A DNA stretch of 64,000 nt, taken from a virus. Made by a program: the position numbers and the translations under genes. The notes beneath the pieces were generated by a model. The model saw only the letters and a list, made by a program, of their open reading frames with translations. It was not told the origin of the DNA and ran no database searches. The stretch spans positions 88,885 through 152,884 of IMG/VR virus record IMGVR_UViG_3300016657_000126; one strand, written 5' to 3'. Positions 1 to 9,658 of this stretch are shown here, piece by piece (position 1 is the stretch's first letter; every line of letters begins with the position of its first letter).

Positions 1-213
1 GGTGAAGTAACCCGAATTCGTGTCCATCCTGGTCACAGCCCAGACTTCCGGAACCAGAAGCACGGACGGGTCCGCCGCCGTTTTCTTTTCGCCAAACAGC
101 AGATTGCTGTCTCCGAAAACGCACTGACACGCGCAGTCGCTGTTGCTGACCGTATAACGCCCGTCGCCGTGAAAACGCAGTGTGGCGTGCTTTAGAGAAA
201 AATTAGGAAACAC
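1..213 (-). CDS. Partial hypothetical protein running off the left edge
   Basis: Own translation from GTG at 213 (MFPNFSLKHATLRFHGDGRY...). The frame is open to position 1 and overlaps the stop of the RNAP gene. Confidence 0.4.
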   Translation of the reverse strand, partial: MFPNFSLKHATLRFHGDGRYTVSNSDCACQCVFGDSNLLFGEKKTAADPSVLLVPEVWAVTRMDTNSGYFT

Positions 214-3200
214 TAGGTTCTTTGCCGGCGATGAGATCGCGCAGCTCTTGTTTTTTGAGCCCCAGCAGCGCGCGAATTGCGCCTTCGAAAGCGGGGTTCG
301 GTAGATATTCCGGGAGGTCGACTTTGCCCCAGCGGTTGCCGCCTACGAGGCTCTCGTCGAACAGACCACCCGCCACGGGGGCGAGCGTGTAGGGGTCAAC
401 GATCTCGCCGTGCTCCACAGGCAGGGCCTTGTGCTCGTCGAGATCCCGATCGGTGAACGGCCCGAGGCGGATGCGCCCCTTGCCGAGATCGCGGGTCTGG
501 ATGCCGGCGCCGGCGAGCAGCACTCGGAACTTATCCCAAACGAACGGGCGCCCCGGAGTCTTTGGCGTCTGACCTGCGCGGATCGCGCGCCAGAACTCGT
601 CGTTGCGCTGACCGCGGAGCGTAGCGGCCTCGCGGAGATTGGCGTAGGCTCCGCTGGACAGCATGGCGGAGATCTCAAGGCCGGAAAGGCGCTTTGACTG
701 CTGGGCGTCGCCGCCGCCGCGCGCTGGCTGCTGGTCGGAATTGCCGGAGACGCACACCTTACCATTACGCCGCACCACCAACCAACCGGTGCGCGTGGTG
801 GCACAAAAAACCTCCCCGCAATAGCGCTGTTTGAACCAGCTGCCTTTATACCTGGAATCCCGATTCTTTAGCTTATCCGAAACAAGCTCAGCGGAAGTCT
901 CCTTCAGGTGCACGTAAAGTGCCCAGTTATCCACACGAGTTTCAATCTGCCTACCACGCATCATTGACTTGCTACCTACCGATTTGGCCAGCTGAAGCAC
1001 AGAACCGATCCCATGGTCAAAGAGCATGCGTTGAATATCGCTCAAAAGCCCGTGACTAGAAGAGCACAAACCCATGACCTCGTTCTGAGACACGCGTTTA
1101 GGCTTTTGGTAAATTCCACGATAGCCGTCCCCAGCGCAGAAAGCGGTTAAAAACGCCTCGAATTCGAGGGGTCCGCAGTTCTGCAAATAAGCCGGAACAC
1201 GTTTCTCGTGGCACTGCTTTCCGCACGCAGCAAACAAACGCCCGAGCCGTTTGTCGTTACAGCGCAGGCCGCGCGCGTAAAATTCCCAGGCAGCGCCGAC
1301 GACACGCGTAAGCAAAGCTTGAATGTGCGCATACTTTTCCGGATTGGCCGACTTACTCTGCCAGATCACGAAACGCCCATCTTCCTCGATACTACCCTCA
1401 GCCAGATACCAACCAAGCAAAGCATAGAAATCCACCGATGAAACTTGGAGCGCCTCCGAATACTTTCGAGTATCCGATATCCCGGGCACAGTGATGATAC
1501 CAGCGTCTGACGTAGAAACCGTGAATCCGGCAGTGGGTATCTTCCACCTCGAGCGCGTGGAAAGTTCATGCGCCGAAATAGCGCGAGCCTTCAGCTGTCC
1601 GCGTGGATCCTTAGCAGAGCGCCTGTAAGGAATACCCCAGAACTTGTGATTCTCGGTTACAGCAAAGTCGACTTTTCTGGAGCGGTAGCTTAGCAGTTCA
1701 CCGTCAAAATCGTAACGGACCAAGCGCAGCGGCAGCTCGTAGCTTAGGCGCCCGCTTGCGATGTCCGGAGTAGCGAGCGAATCTTCCCGTGTGACGTCCG
1801 CCCACTTCTTCCAACCGCTCTGGGTGAGCACCTCGGTGTCCGCATCGTAACAATCGTAGCCGCCTTGACCGCGAGACGAGGTCTTCGAAGAGGCGGTGTG
1901 ATGCAGCTTCAGGACCGCACCCTCGCCGACGGTCACCGGACGCTTGAGCGTGCGGTTCAGGACGGGATCGAAGATCTGCTCGGTGTCGTTCAGACCGACC
2001 GAGTCGAGATGCTTCCGAACGACGTCATAGAAGTATTCGCCGGGCTTTGTGTAGCTGGGGACAACGAGCGACTTTCCGAGCTTTCGCGCCACCTTTCCGA
2101 GCAGCAGCTCGTATTGCAGCGCGCTGTTCACGCGACTCGGTAGACCGAGTTCGTTGAGCAGCACATCGAGCGGGCGCCCGTCGGACGTGCGCGGCATCTG
2201 GTCGTCGGGAAGGATCTTTGAGATGACGCCTTTGTTGCCGGAGCGTAGCACGATCTTGTCGGCGGGACGCGCGGGGCGCAGGGAACGGACGATGACTTTG
2301 AATCCCTTCCCGGTCTTCACCACGTCCGTGATCTCTCCAGGCACCTCTTCCTCCCAGACCATGCTGGCGTCGGAACGCGCCTCGCGCACGGTCTTCGACA
2401 GCTTGCCGACCATGGAACTCGCGCTACTGACAACCTTCGGGCGCGTGAGCAGCATGAGTGGGTCGCCAGGCTGCACGATTTGACCCGGCTTCACCACGCC
2501 ATCCTCGTCCAACTTGTCGAGCTGATCGACTTTGAACGCGGTGGGAAAGAGAGACGTGAAGTGCTCGCGTCCACCCTTCACACCTTTCCGCAGATCGGTG
2601 TGAAAGAGGTCGGAGTGCTCGCTGGTCAGCTTCTTGGCGAAGCTCTCGCTGACGACGGTGGCGTCGTCCATCGAGTAACCCTTGAACGGGACCAGCGCGA
2701 TACGCGCGTTGGTGCCCAGCGCCAGCGTGCCGGAGGCGTCAGTGTAGTTGCTGCGGGCAAGAAGCTGACCGGGCTTGACGACGTCGCCTTTGCGCACGAC
2801 GGGCGTCTGGTGGATGCGCGTCTTGCGGTTGAAGGGAAGGCTGTCGTAGAGGTCCACCATCTTGTCGCCCTTGGGGCCGCGCAAACGGATGAGGCCGCCT
2901 TTCACGTCCACGACCTCGGCCGGCGCGTCGTCCTCGTGAAAGAGTGCGCCGGCCAGACGTCCAAGCTTCTGATCGAACGAGCGCCCGCTCTCGTCGTCGG
3001 GGTCGAGGTTCTGCACCAACGGCGCCTCCGGCTCTACGAGCGGAAGGGCTTGGTTGGCGAAGCGCGCGCCGTAGAAGAGACGCGGCATCTGCACCGCGCC
3101 CTGCAACGGGATGGTGTTGACGTTGGTGCCGAACTGGCGCGCGGGGGAACTCAGCGCGACATCGTAGTCCTCGCCTGGCTCGAGTTCCCGGAGGACGGAG

Positions 3201-3220
3201 TCTTGGATTATTGCAGGCAT
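203..3220 (-). CDS. Phage multisubunit RNA polymerase: beta C-terminal part fused to beta' N-terminal segment, intein-containing
   Basis: RpoB motifs GARFANQALPL, LALGTNARIA, GYSMDDA, DKIVLRSGNKGVISKILP, DVLLNELGLPSRVN, KLHH, QQPARGG, KRLSGLE. The C-terminal GGLFD...WGKVDL..LPNP resembles the RpoC N-terminus. Confidence 0.93.
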   Translation of the reverse strand: MPAIIQDSVLRELEPGEDYDVALSSPARQFGTNVNTIPLQGAVQMPRLFYGARFANQALPLVEPEAPLVQNLDPDDESGRSFDQKLGRLAGALFHEDDAPAEVVDVKGGLIRLRGPKGDKMVDLYDSLPFNRKTRIHQTPVVRKGDVVKPGQLLARSNYTDASGTLALGTNARIALVPFKGYSMDDATVVSESFAKKLTSEHSDLFHTDLRKGVKGGREHFTSLFPTAFKVDQLDKLDEDGVVKPGQIVQPGDPLMLLTRPKVVSSASSMVGKLSKTVREARSDASMVWEEEVPGEITDVVKTGKGFKVIVRSLRPARPADKIVLRSGNKGVISKILPDDQMPRTSDGRPLDVLLNELGLPSRVNSALQYELLLGKVARKLGKSLVVPSYTKPGEYFYDVVRKHLDSVGLNDTEQIFDPVLNRTLKRPVTVGEGAVLKLHHTASSKTSSRGQGGYDCYDADTEVLTQSGWKKWADVTREDSLATPDIASGRLSYELPLRLVRYDFDGELLSYRSRKVDFAVTENHKFWGIPYRRSAKDPRGQLKARAISAHELSTRSRWKIPTAGFTVSTSDAGIITVPGISDTRKYSEALQVSSVDFYALLGWYLAEGSIEEDGRFVIWQSKSANPEKYAHIQALLTRVVGAAWEFYARGLRCNDKRLGRLFAACGKQCHEKRVPAYLQNCGPLEFEAFLTAFCAGDGYRGIYQKPKRVSQNEVMGLCSSSHGLLSDIQRMLFDHGIGSVLQLAKSVGSKSMMRGRQIETRVDNWALYVHLKETSAELVSDKLKNRDSRYKGSWFKQRYCGEVFCATTRTGWLVVRRNGKVCVSGNSDQQPARGGGDAQQSKRLSGLEISAMLSSGAYANLREAATLRGQRNDEFWRAIRAGQTPKTPGRPFVWDKFRVLLAGAGIQTRDLGKGRIRLGPFTDRDLDEHKALPVEHGEIVDPYTLAPVAGGLFDESLVGGNRWGKVDLPEYLPNPAFEGAIRALLGLKKQELRDLIAGKEPSVS
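740..1852 (-). mobile_element. Intein with LAGLIDADG-type homing endonuclease (371 aa) in RNAP beta
   Basis: Starts CYDADTEVLTQSGWK, has block B VTENH and endonuclease blocks LLGWYLAEGS and FLTAFCAGDG, and ends VRRNGKVCVSGN followed by S+1. It is visibly more AT-rich than its flanks. Confidence 0.93.
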
Positions 3221-5751
3221 CAGCCGGTGAGAGCGGAGTGGCTAGCCTGCCCGAACAGTTGCGACTGCGCAATGCTTCCGAGCAGGCGGGCGATCTCGCC
3301 GCCGATGCCGCCGCGGTCTGAGAAGGGCAGCTCGTGGTTGATGCCGAGTTGCGGGCGCGAAAACCCGCCGCGCATGCCGAGATTCTGCATCGTGACGTCG
3401 AAGTCGGGGTTCGCGCTTGGGTATGTCGCGTTCTGGGCGAACAGCCGCCGGCCGGCGTCATCCTGCTGACCGAGCACGCGCTTCAGTCGAGGATCGTCGG
3501 AGCCGGAAATCTCGTAGGGGCGGAGCTCGTCCCATCCAGCCGGAGCCCCGACACCTTGGAGCACAGATTGACCAGCGCCGAAGCGCGCCAATCCACCCAG
3601 CAGGCCCGGGCGAGAGAGCACGGGAGCAGCCCAGCGGGTGCCGAGGCCGGTGACCAGGGAACCTCCGCCAAATGCCAGCCCGGTCACGAACGGCGAGGCG
3701 GCGCTGGCCCATGCGCCCGCGGTTCGCTTCGAGGCGTCAACGAGACCACTACCATCCCCGTCGCGGATGGCGTCGCCCATGTCCATCATACCCATACTGG
3801 TCCTGGCGATTGAGCGAAGACCGTTCTCTCCGACGCCGGCCGCCCACTTCAGGGGGTTCCAACCGCCGAGATCCGCGTTGACGGCGCGATTGATGAGGCT
3901 GCCGCTGCCGTCGACGCCGTCAGCGGTGACGTAGGTGGAGCCAGGGCGCCCATGCGCCCACTCCTTCAGCGCGTCCCACTCGAAACCCGCGGGGTCGGTG
4001 GGAGCCTGCTGCTGGAAAAATTTGCGGCGACCGAGATCGTCGACGAACACGCGATTTCCCGCGCTGTTCACACCGACGATTCCTTGGCTGGTGCGCTGCA
4101 CCGTGTAGCCGGCACCCTGAAGACGTGCGTGCTCTTTCTGCAGGTGCTCAGGGATCGCAGGAGTCGGAGCCTGCGCAGGAGCCGGAGCCTGCGCTGGTGC
4201 GGCTGGAGCTTGCGGCACGGGAGTAGGAGTGGGAGTCGCCGGAGTTTGAGGCTTGGGCGATTCGAGCGTGGAAGGGGCCCACACGGGCGTGGCGCCGGTG
4301 CCGGCGCTGGGCTTACCGTCGGCGGCGCGCTTGGAAAGCGATCCGACGACCTTCTGGGTCTGCTTGACCAGGTAGCTCATTGCGGGCGACGGCTTGGCCG
4401 GCTTCACCGGCGCGGGCGCGGCAGGCGCCGGCGTGGGAGTCGCGGCGATCTCCATCTGCTTCTGCTGAAGCTGCGCCTGCTGTTGCTGCTGCTGCATGGC
4501 CATCTCGGCCTGCTGTTGCTGCTGCATCACCTGCTGCTGTTGTTTGGCGGCATCGGACTCGGCGACCTGCTGATCCCGGGCTTGGCGGAGATCGGAAGCA
4601 TAGTTCGAAAAAGTGATCGGCTGGCCGGCGGGGCGCTCGCGGGCGGGGATGAAGCCGGCGGACTTCATGACGATATCCGCGTCCTGCACCAGCGGATGAA
4701 GGCGCCCGTCGCGGCCACGGCGATAAGTCCGGAGACGGCTCTCCTCGCGCATCTGCCGCTTGATGTCGCGCCCGAGCGCATCGGTGACCGTGTCCGGAAG
4801 ATCGACGAGCTGTTCCATCGGGAGCTCGACTTCCGTGAACGTGCCATCCGGCCGCGGGAGGCGCACGCGCACGCGCCCCTTGTCCTGGGGTTTGCGCAGA
4901 GAACGCATGCCCTTGTAAAGCAGGAGGCCGAGCGCGCCCAAACCCAACCCAGCACCGCCCGCCACGAACATGTCTTTCTTGGAGATGACGGGGGCGGGCT
5001 GGCGCTGCGCGATGTCCTTGGTCGCGGCGTCCATAAGCGGGCCGGCTTTACTGAGGGGCTCGAGAGCTTGCACAGCCAAGTCCTTCGTCGGAGCTAGCGC
5101 CACCAAACCCGCGCCCTGCAGCCAGTCACCCGCATGAATTTTTGCTCCGGCGCCGGCGCCAAGCGCCGCGTTCACCACACCCATGCCGATACGCTGCGGA
5201 GAGATGTGGTCGTAGTCCGGACCGTGGACGATGAAGTCGGTGCCGGCGGCTCCGGCCAACGCGCCAACGAGCGGAGCTGCCCAGCTGGCGGTGCTCGCTG
5301 ACTTGTGCTGCACGCGCACGCCGAGGGAGGCCGCGAGCGCCATGGAAGGTTTGTTGCTCGGAACGATGAATGCGCGCACCTCATCGACGCCGGCGGCCTT
5401 CTCGCGGATGAGAGACGCGACAGCCTTCTTCGCGATACCGCAGCAGCGATGCTCCGGCAGCACTCCGATGGCGTAGTAGCCGATTCGGCGACCCTGCTCT
5501 TCGCGCTCTTGCCAGCCGGCGAATCCGAACGCCTTCTTCGTGTGCGCGTCCCGGATCAGGTAGGCGCCTCCATCGAGCATGTCGGTGTTCACGCCGTAGG
5601 GCCAGAACTGCGGCGTCTCCTCGTAGATGCGCTGCATGATGGCCTCGCACTCGGCGCGGGGATTGGAGTCGATGGCGGGCGACGCGCCGCTGGCTTGCTT
5701 GACCAACTCGGCCCGAAAAGGGTGATAGGTAAAAAAGAAGTCCGGCAGCAT
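3220..5751 (-). CDS. Putative virion/internal head protein with N-terminal GNAT acetyltransferase domain
   Basis: GNAT motif A (AIGVLPEHRCCGIAKKAV) and motif B (NKPSMALAASLG). These are followed by Gly/Ala-rich hydrophobic segments, poly-Q and Pro-rich linkers, and several K-x-A motifs. The virion role is inferred. Confidence 0.65.
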   Translation of the reverse strand: MLPDFFFTYHPFRAELVKQASGASPAIDSNPRAECEAIMQRIYEETPQFWPYGVNTDMLDGGAYLIRDAHTKKAFGFAGWQEREEQGRRIGYYAIGVLPEHRCCGIAKKAVASLIREKAAGVDEVRAFIVPSNKPSMALAASLGVRVQHKSASTASWAAPLVGALAGAAGTDFIVHGPDYDHISPQRIGMGVVNAALGAGAGAKIHAGDWLQGAGLVALAPTKDLAVQALEPLSKAGPLMDAATKDIAQRQPAPVISKKDMFVAGGAGLGLGALGLLLYKGMRSLRKPQDKGRVRVRLPRPDGTFTEVELPMEQLVDLPDTVTDALGRDIKRQMREESRLRTYRRGRDGRLHPLVQDADIVMKSAGFIPARERPAGQPITFSNYASDLRQARDQQVAESDAAKQQQQVMQQQQQAEMAMQQQQQQAQLQQKQMEIAATPTPAPAAPAPVKPAKPSPAMSYLVKQTQKVVGSLSKRAADGKPSAGTGATPVWAPSTLESPKPQTPATPTPTPVPQAPAAPAQAPAPAQAPTPAIPEHLQKEHARLQGAGYTVQRTSQGIVGVNSAGNRVFVDDLGRRKFFQQQAPTDPAGFEWDALKEWAHGRPGSTYVTADGVDGSGSLINRAVNADLGGWNPLKWAAGVGENGLRSIARTSMGMMDMGDAIRDGDGSGLVDASKRTAGAWASAASPFVTGLAFGGGSLVTGLGTRWAAPVLSRPGLLGGLARFGAGQSVLQGVGAPAGWDELRPYEISGSDDPRLKRVLGQQDDAGRRLFAQNATYPSANPDFDVTMQNLGMRGGFSRPQLGINHELPFSDRGGIGGEIARLLGSIAQSQLFGQASHSALTG

Positions 5752-5764
5752 GGCGTATAGGTAA

Positions 5765-5792
5765 GACGGTCGCGGATTTGGCCGCGACCGTC
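5765..5792. promoter_or_regulatory. 11-bp perfect inverted repeat just upstream of the 5751 start, overlapping a minus-strand TTGACG hexamer
   Basis: gacggtcgcgg-atttgg-ccgcgaccgtc. Confidence 0.5.
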
Positions 5793-5807
5793 AACCGTTG
5801 CACTGGT

Positions 5808-6650
5808 TCAGGCGGGGACAGCCAAGTCCGCGAGCGACTTGACCACCGTCCGCTTAGCCGCCGGCGCGGGATGAGCCGACTTCGCCAGCACACTCACGTC
5901 GGGGGCCGCGGAGACCGCGATACCGGGTTGCCAGCTGAGTAGCCAGTCCGGCACCGCGACGACCTTGGCGCTGCCGGCGGATTCCTGCGCACGGCGGCGG
6001 GCGCGACTGGACATGCGCGCCAGGCGCTCCTCGGCCGCGGCGTCGAGATTGTGCGCAGCCTCGGCACGGGCGGCGGCGAGCTTGGCCTGAAGATCGCGGC
6101 GCTCCTGAGCCAAGCGAATGACGCGGGCGCGCGACTCCTCGGCTGCCATGATCGCCGCGTGCTCCTGCTCAAGCACGCGTTCGAGGCGGGCTTCGCGCTC
6201 GGCCCGGACCTTTTCAATCCACTGCGCGTGGTGGATCTTCATCATCTCCTGGTAGTCCTCCACGCTCATGTCGCGGTAGTTCGAGCACGAGATGGTGGGC
6301 GCTTCCCAGCAAAACGAAAGCCGCTCTCCGACCGAGCGAAACAGCCCGAGCTGATCGTCGTGAATGTTCTCCGCGAGCGGAGGCGGAGCGAAAGAGACAT
6401 CCGAGCCCGCTTCGGAGACGACCTCAAAGCGGGTGCCGGTGGGGCCCTGATGGATCAGCGCGATCCGGTTGTCGGGGTTGCGGCGGAGGTTGAGCGGCGC
6501 GCTGCCCGGGTAGCTGACACCGAGAAACTGCACGGCGCTGGAGTCGGGCAGAAGCTTGCCGCCGATTCGGACCAGTTGGCGAATCTGGAAGGCCACGGCG
6601 GAAACCGTGATGTTACCGAAGGAGTAACCTTGGACGTTGCGAGGAATCAT
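5808..6650 (-). CDS. Hypothetical protein with C-terminal coiled coil
   Basis: 280 aa ORF that fits the gene tiling, with an E/R/A-rich helical C-terminal half. Confidence 0.75.
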   Translation of the reverse strand: MIPRNVQGYSFGNITVSAVAFQIRQLVRIGGKLLPDSSAVQFLGVSYPGSAPLNLRRNPDNRIALIHQGPTGTRFEVVSEAGSDVSFAPPPLAENIHDDQLGLFRSVGERLSFCWEAPTISCSNYRDMSVEDYQEMMKIHHAQWIEKVRAEREARLERVLEQEHAAIMAAEESRARVIRLAQERRDLQAKLAAARAEAAHNLDAAAEERLARMSSRARRRAQESAGSAKVVAVPDWLLSWQPGIAVSAAPDVSVLAKSAHPAPAAKRTVVKSLADLAVPA

Positions 6651-6677
6651 TTGGACGGATGGTGTGGGTTAGAAAGT

Positions 6678-6715
6678 GGGAAGCCCGTCTCGCGTAATTG
6701 CGAGACGGGCTTCCC
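6678..6715 (-). terminator. 16-bp perfect hairpin (terminator or 5' leader stem)
   Basis: gggaagcccgtctcgc-gtaatt-gcgagacgggcttccc, followed on the minus strand by ACTTTCT. Confidence 0.65.
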
Positions 6716-6720
6716 GTTCA

Positions 6721-6736
6721 GATATATATAACGCAG
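6721..6736 (-). promoter_or_regulatory. Candidate promoter motif TGCGTTATATAT
   Basis: AT-rich island in GC-rich DNA, with similar motifs near 29610-29625 and 59898-59913. Confidence 0.5.
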
Positions 6737-6745
6737 CGCGTGGGT

Positions 6746-7093
6746 CTATTGCGCTGCGGTCTCGTCGAACTTGTAGGCCTTCTTCACGGGGGTGTGGACC
6801 AACAACTCGGCGATGGTGATCATCGGAGCGCGCTTCTTTATCTCGACCACGGACAGCATGAGCTTGGCCGTGTTTCGAAACATCTCGCGTTCCCCGTCGG
6901 TCAGCGCCTGCCAGGCGTGGCGCGCCTGGTGACCCTTGGGAGAGTTCAGCAGCTTGTCTGCGAGCGTGGCGTGATCAGCCACCGTGATGTCCGCGCAAGC
7001 ATCCGCAGGCATCGTCTCCGACGGCTGCGAAGTGAAAGCGAGAAACGCAAGAATCTCGATCAACACACGGTCACCCTGTTTATCGTTTGGCAT
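6746..7093 (-). CDS. Hypothetical protein
   Basis: 115 aa ORF tiling with its neighbours. Confidence 0.65.
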   Translation of the reverse strand: MPNDKQGDRVLIEILAFLAFTSQPSETMPADACADITVADHATLADKLLNSPKGHQARHAWQALTDGEREMFRNTAKLMLSVVEIKKRAPMITIAELLVHTPVKKAYKFDETAAQ

Positions 7094-7316
7094 ATTTTTG
7101 CTCAGTTAAGATTTGAAGTTTTCGACGATTCACTTCGCGCATTCGCTGCGCAATTAGAAACACGATCGTCAACGCGATTAGCCAGATCAATCCGGCCCGT
7201 CGAGGAATAGAATTCCACCAACAAGTGGCCAGCACACCAACAACGCACAATAGCACGCCCTGCTGAACTGCGCGCCAGCGCACCATGTTTATAGCGGCTT
7301 GCTGGCGATCGATCAT
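7080..7316 (-). CDS. Small membrane protein with two predicted TM segments
   Basis: Hydrophobic stretches GVLLCVVGVLATCWW and LIWLIALTIVFLIA; ATGA overlap with the upstream gene. Confidence 0.6.
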   Translation of the reverse strand: MIDRQQAAINMVRWRAVQQGVLLCVVGVLATCWWNSIPRRAGLIWLIALTIVFLIAQRMREVNRRKLQILTEQKYAKR

Positions 7317-8059
7317 ACCGAGGTCTTAGCGCGGGCGCGCGAGTAGGAGTAGGTGATGCCTTCGGCGTCCATGCGTTTGAGCGCTGCGGCGTGCTTCGAC
7401 CCGGCCGGACCTGTGCCATGGATGAGCAGTGCGAAGGTCTTACCCTGCATGGCCAGCGTATCGTTGTGATCGATCTCCAGTCCCTTTGCTTCGGCCTCCT
7501 CCGGGTGGAAGACCACGACAGCCGACGGTAGCTTGAACTTGTCGATGAGCGCGTCGTGCTTCCCCCCGCGACTGGCCACCAGCGCAAGGTTCTCGGGGAG
7601 CATCTTCAGGCGAGCCACCCAGAACGGAAGACTCTTCGTGTAGGCGTAGAACTTCGTTCCAGAGAAATCGCGCGCGGCGTTCAACCATGCGTCGAAGTAA
7701 TCCTGGTTGAAGAAGTCTCCGGCGACATGGATGCGCACGGCCTTTGTGCTGCGCGTCACGTGCTCTCCGAGCCCGTCGATGATCAGCCGCGTCATCGCTT
7801 CGGTGGACTTGGCCTCGGTCAGCAGCTTAAAGTTATGCCAGCGCGCCGCGCGGACATTTTTGAATGCGGCCTCAAGCGTAGCGGAAAAACAGCGAAATTC
7901 GGTCTTCGGCCCATCCGTGATGGTGCCTACGTCGGGGTCGGCTTTTGAGAGGCACTGCAGCGCGCCCGGGCAGCTAAAGCCTGCGGGGATCGAAAACGTG
8001 AGAACCTTCTCGCCGAGCTTTTGGTTGTCGGACGAGAATTTGAGTTTAGATTCTGACAC
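7313..8059 (-). CDS. GP88-like phage protein (Cys-rich, radical-SAM-related fold)
   Basis: N.KLG, FSIPAGFSCPGA..C, RCFSA, RIHVAGDFFNQDY and FYAYTKSL motifs typical of the Gene product 88 family. Confidence 0.8.
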   Translation of the reverse strand: MSESKLKFSSDNQKLGEKVLTFSIPAGFSCPGALQCLSKADPDVGTITDGPKTEFRCFSATLEAAFKNVRAARWHNFKLLTEAKSTEAMTRLIIDGLGEHVTRSTKAVRIHVAGDFFNQDYFDAWLNAARDFSGTKFYAYTKSLPFWVARLKMLPENLALVASRGGKHDALIDKFKLPSAVVVFHPEEAEAKGLEIDHNDTLAMQGKTFALLIHGTGPAGSKHAAALKRMDAEGITYSYSRARAKTSV

Positions 8060-8409
8060 TAAGTAATTTGGACAAACTGTTTATTTTGGTGCACGCGCCT
8101 GCGCACGGTGCACTGGCCCTTTTCTACGGTGATGTAGAGTTCCATCCCAAGCGTTACGTTCCAGTTCCACGCCTGCTTCAGTCCGATAGGAAGGCAGCAC
8201 TTTTTTCCAGCGCGGTCTGAAAACTCCACGTGGAAATCATCGCCCACAAGAATAGTCTTGGCCTTTATCCAGTCGGGCGGGGGAACGAAAGCACCGCGCC
8301 GCCGAGACTTTTTTCGCGAACTCATGCGGCCACGACCGTGGCTAGGTCGGCGTGAAGCTGGCGAAACTCGAATGCGGCGCGCGGAGACAACGCGTCTTCG
8401 TGAAACCAT
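8059..8409 (-). CDS. Hypothetical basic protein (start uncertain)
   Basis: The ORF abuts the GP88-like gene. An internal Met (MSSRKK) is an alternative start. Confidence 0.45.
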   Translation of the reverse strand: MVSRRRVVSARRIRVSPASRRPSHGRGRMSSRKKSRRRGAFVPPPDWIKAKTILVGDDFHVEFSDRAGKKCCLPIGLKQAWNWNVTLGMELYITVEKGQCTVRRRVHQNKQFVQIT

Positions 8410-8609
8410 ATCTGCACATCACGAAGATTATTTTGCCGAATCTTTATGAAGATCTCCGAACCAAAGGCTGTCCGAGCCAGAATGCGCTGCCGGCGGCGAA
8501 CGAAAGATCGGACGCGAAAGTCGCGCAGCCGCCTAAGCAGACTGCGTTTCAGCCTTTTCGAGAAATCTCCAACGAATACCGCCGCCGGATCCATACATCA
8601 GTTTCAAGC

Positions 8610-9017
8610 CTACGGAGCTGACGCTGTCAAATCTGCGACATAGAGGCGCGGCTTCATAGCAGCCACCTTAGCCTGATAGAACTCGCAACCCTTGTCCGCG
8701 CGAAACCCAGGCGCCAGCAGCCGGACCGGCTCGGTCGGGATGAGGGTGTATATGCAGCTCGGCGGGGTATTCAACGCCAGCGCGAGCTGCTTGGCATTAG
8801 ACGCCTCGAGTTTAGTCGGCATCACGCCGCCGCAGAGCTCGCTAACGAACTCCTCGAACGTGCCTACCGTCTGCGCCTCCACGATAGCGAAAGGCCCAGG
8901 AAAACCGTCTTTGTAGTTTCGCGCGGTCAGTTCGGCCTGACTGGCTGCGTCCATGACACGCGCGTGCTTACCGAGGCCGGGCGTGTCGACCTCGAGCCAG
9001 ATTAGGTTGCGAGGCAT
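8610..9017 (-). CDS. Hypothetical protein
   Basis: 135 aa ORF with start/stop overlap with tmk. Confidence 0.65.
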   Translation of the reverse strand: MPRNLIWLEVDTPGLGKHARVMDAASQAELTARNYKDGFPGPFAIVEAQTVGTFEEFVSELCGGVMPTKLEASNAKQLALALNTPPSCIYTLIPTEPVRLLAPGFRADKGCEFYQAKVAAMKPRLYVADLTASAP

Positions 9018-9658
9018 CAGCCGCGCGCACGCTGAACGCTGCGGTAGACCAACCCGGTGCGTTTCGCTGAACCCGGTTGGCGCGAGAATGGAAGCTCGAT
9101 GAACTCCACGTTCTTCAGCGAAGAGACCAAGCGGAAAACCCGCGTGACTTTGGCGTAGGCCTCGCGCTCGCGGCTCACCTTGAACATGTCCTCCACCGCG
9201 TCCTTTTCGGAGCGCGCAAGATGAGCGCTACCCTGTCCCGGCTTGCAGCAGGCCACGATCACCTTTGTGTCCGCAGGCAGCAGCTTCACGCACTTGTCGT
9301 AGAAGTGATGAGCGAACGGAATGTAGTCGCGGTTGCGGAGATGCCCTTGGTAGACGCCGGTGGAGATGAAGCCGCGGTCGACGATGACCAGCCGATCAGG
9401 AACCTCGGGGTGTGATAGCACGCGCCCGATCTCCTGATACAGCTGCACACGGGCCTCGAGAAGGAGGGCCGTCTGCGTGTCCGGCGTCAGCTTGTCGGCG
9501 TGCCCCTTGATGATGTCGCGCACCAACTCACCGAACGGCGTGCCGCCCGGCTCGCGGAAAAGAACCGCCTTCGGGAACACGTCTTTCAGCGCATCGCGCA
9601 GCGTAGTTTTTCCGGAGCCGTTGGGCCCCTCAAGGATTACCAGAATTGGAGTTGGCAT
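9017..9658 (-). CDS. tmk: Thymidylate (dTMP) kinase
   Basis: LEGPNGSGKTT P-loop, FREPGGT, IVDRGF. Confidence 0.9.
   Translation of the reverse strand: MPTPILVILEGPNGSGKTTLRDALKDVFPKAVLFREPGGTPFGELVRDIIKGHADKLTPDTQTALLLEARVQLYQEIGRVLSHPEVPDRLVIVDRGFISTGVYQGHLRNRDYIPFAHHFYDKCVKLLPADTKVIVACCKPGQGSAHLARSEKDAVEDMFKVSREREAYAKVTRVFRLVSSLKNVEFIELPFSRQPGSAKRTGLVYRSVQRARG

Noticed and set aside
8322-8643. Short overlapping ORFs on both strands
   Set aside because: I could not choose a credible frame and saw no motifs, so the region is left unannotated.
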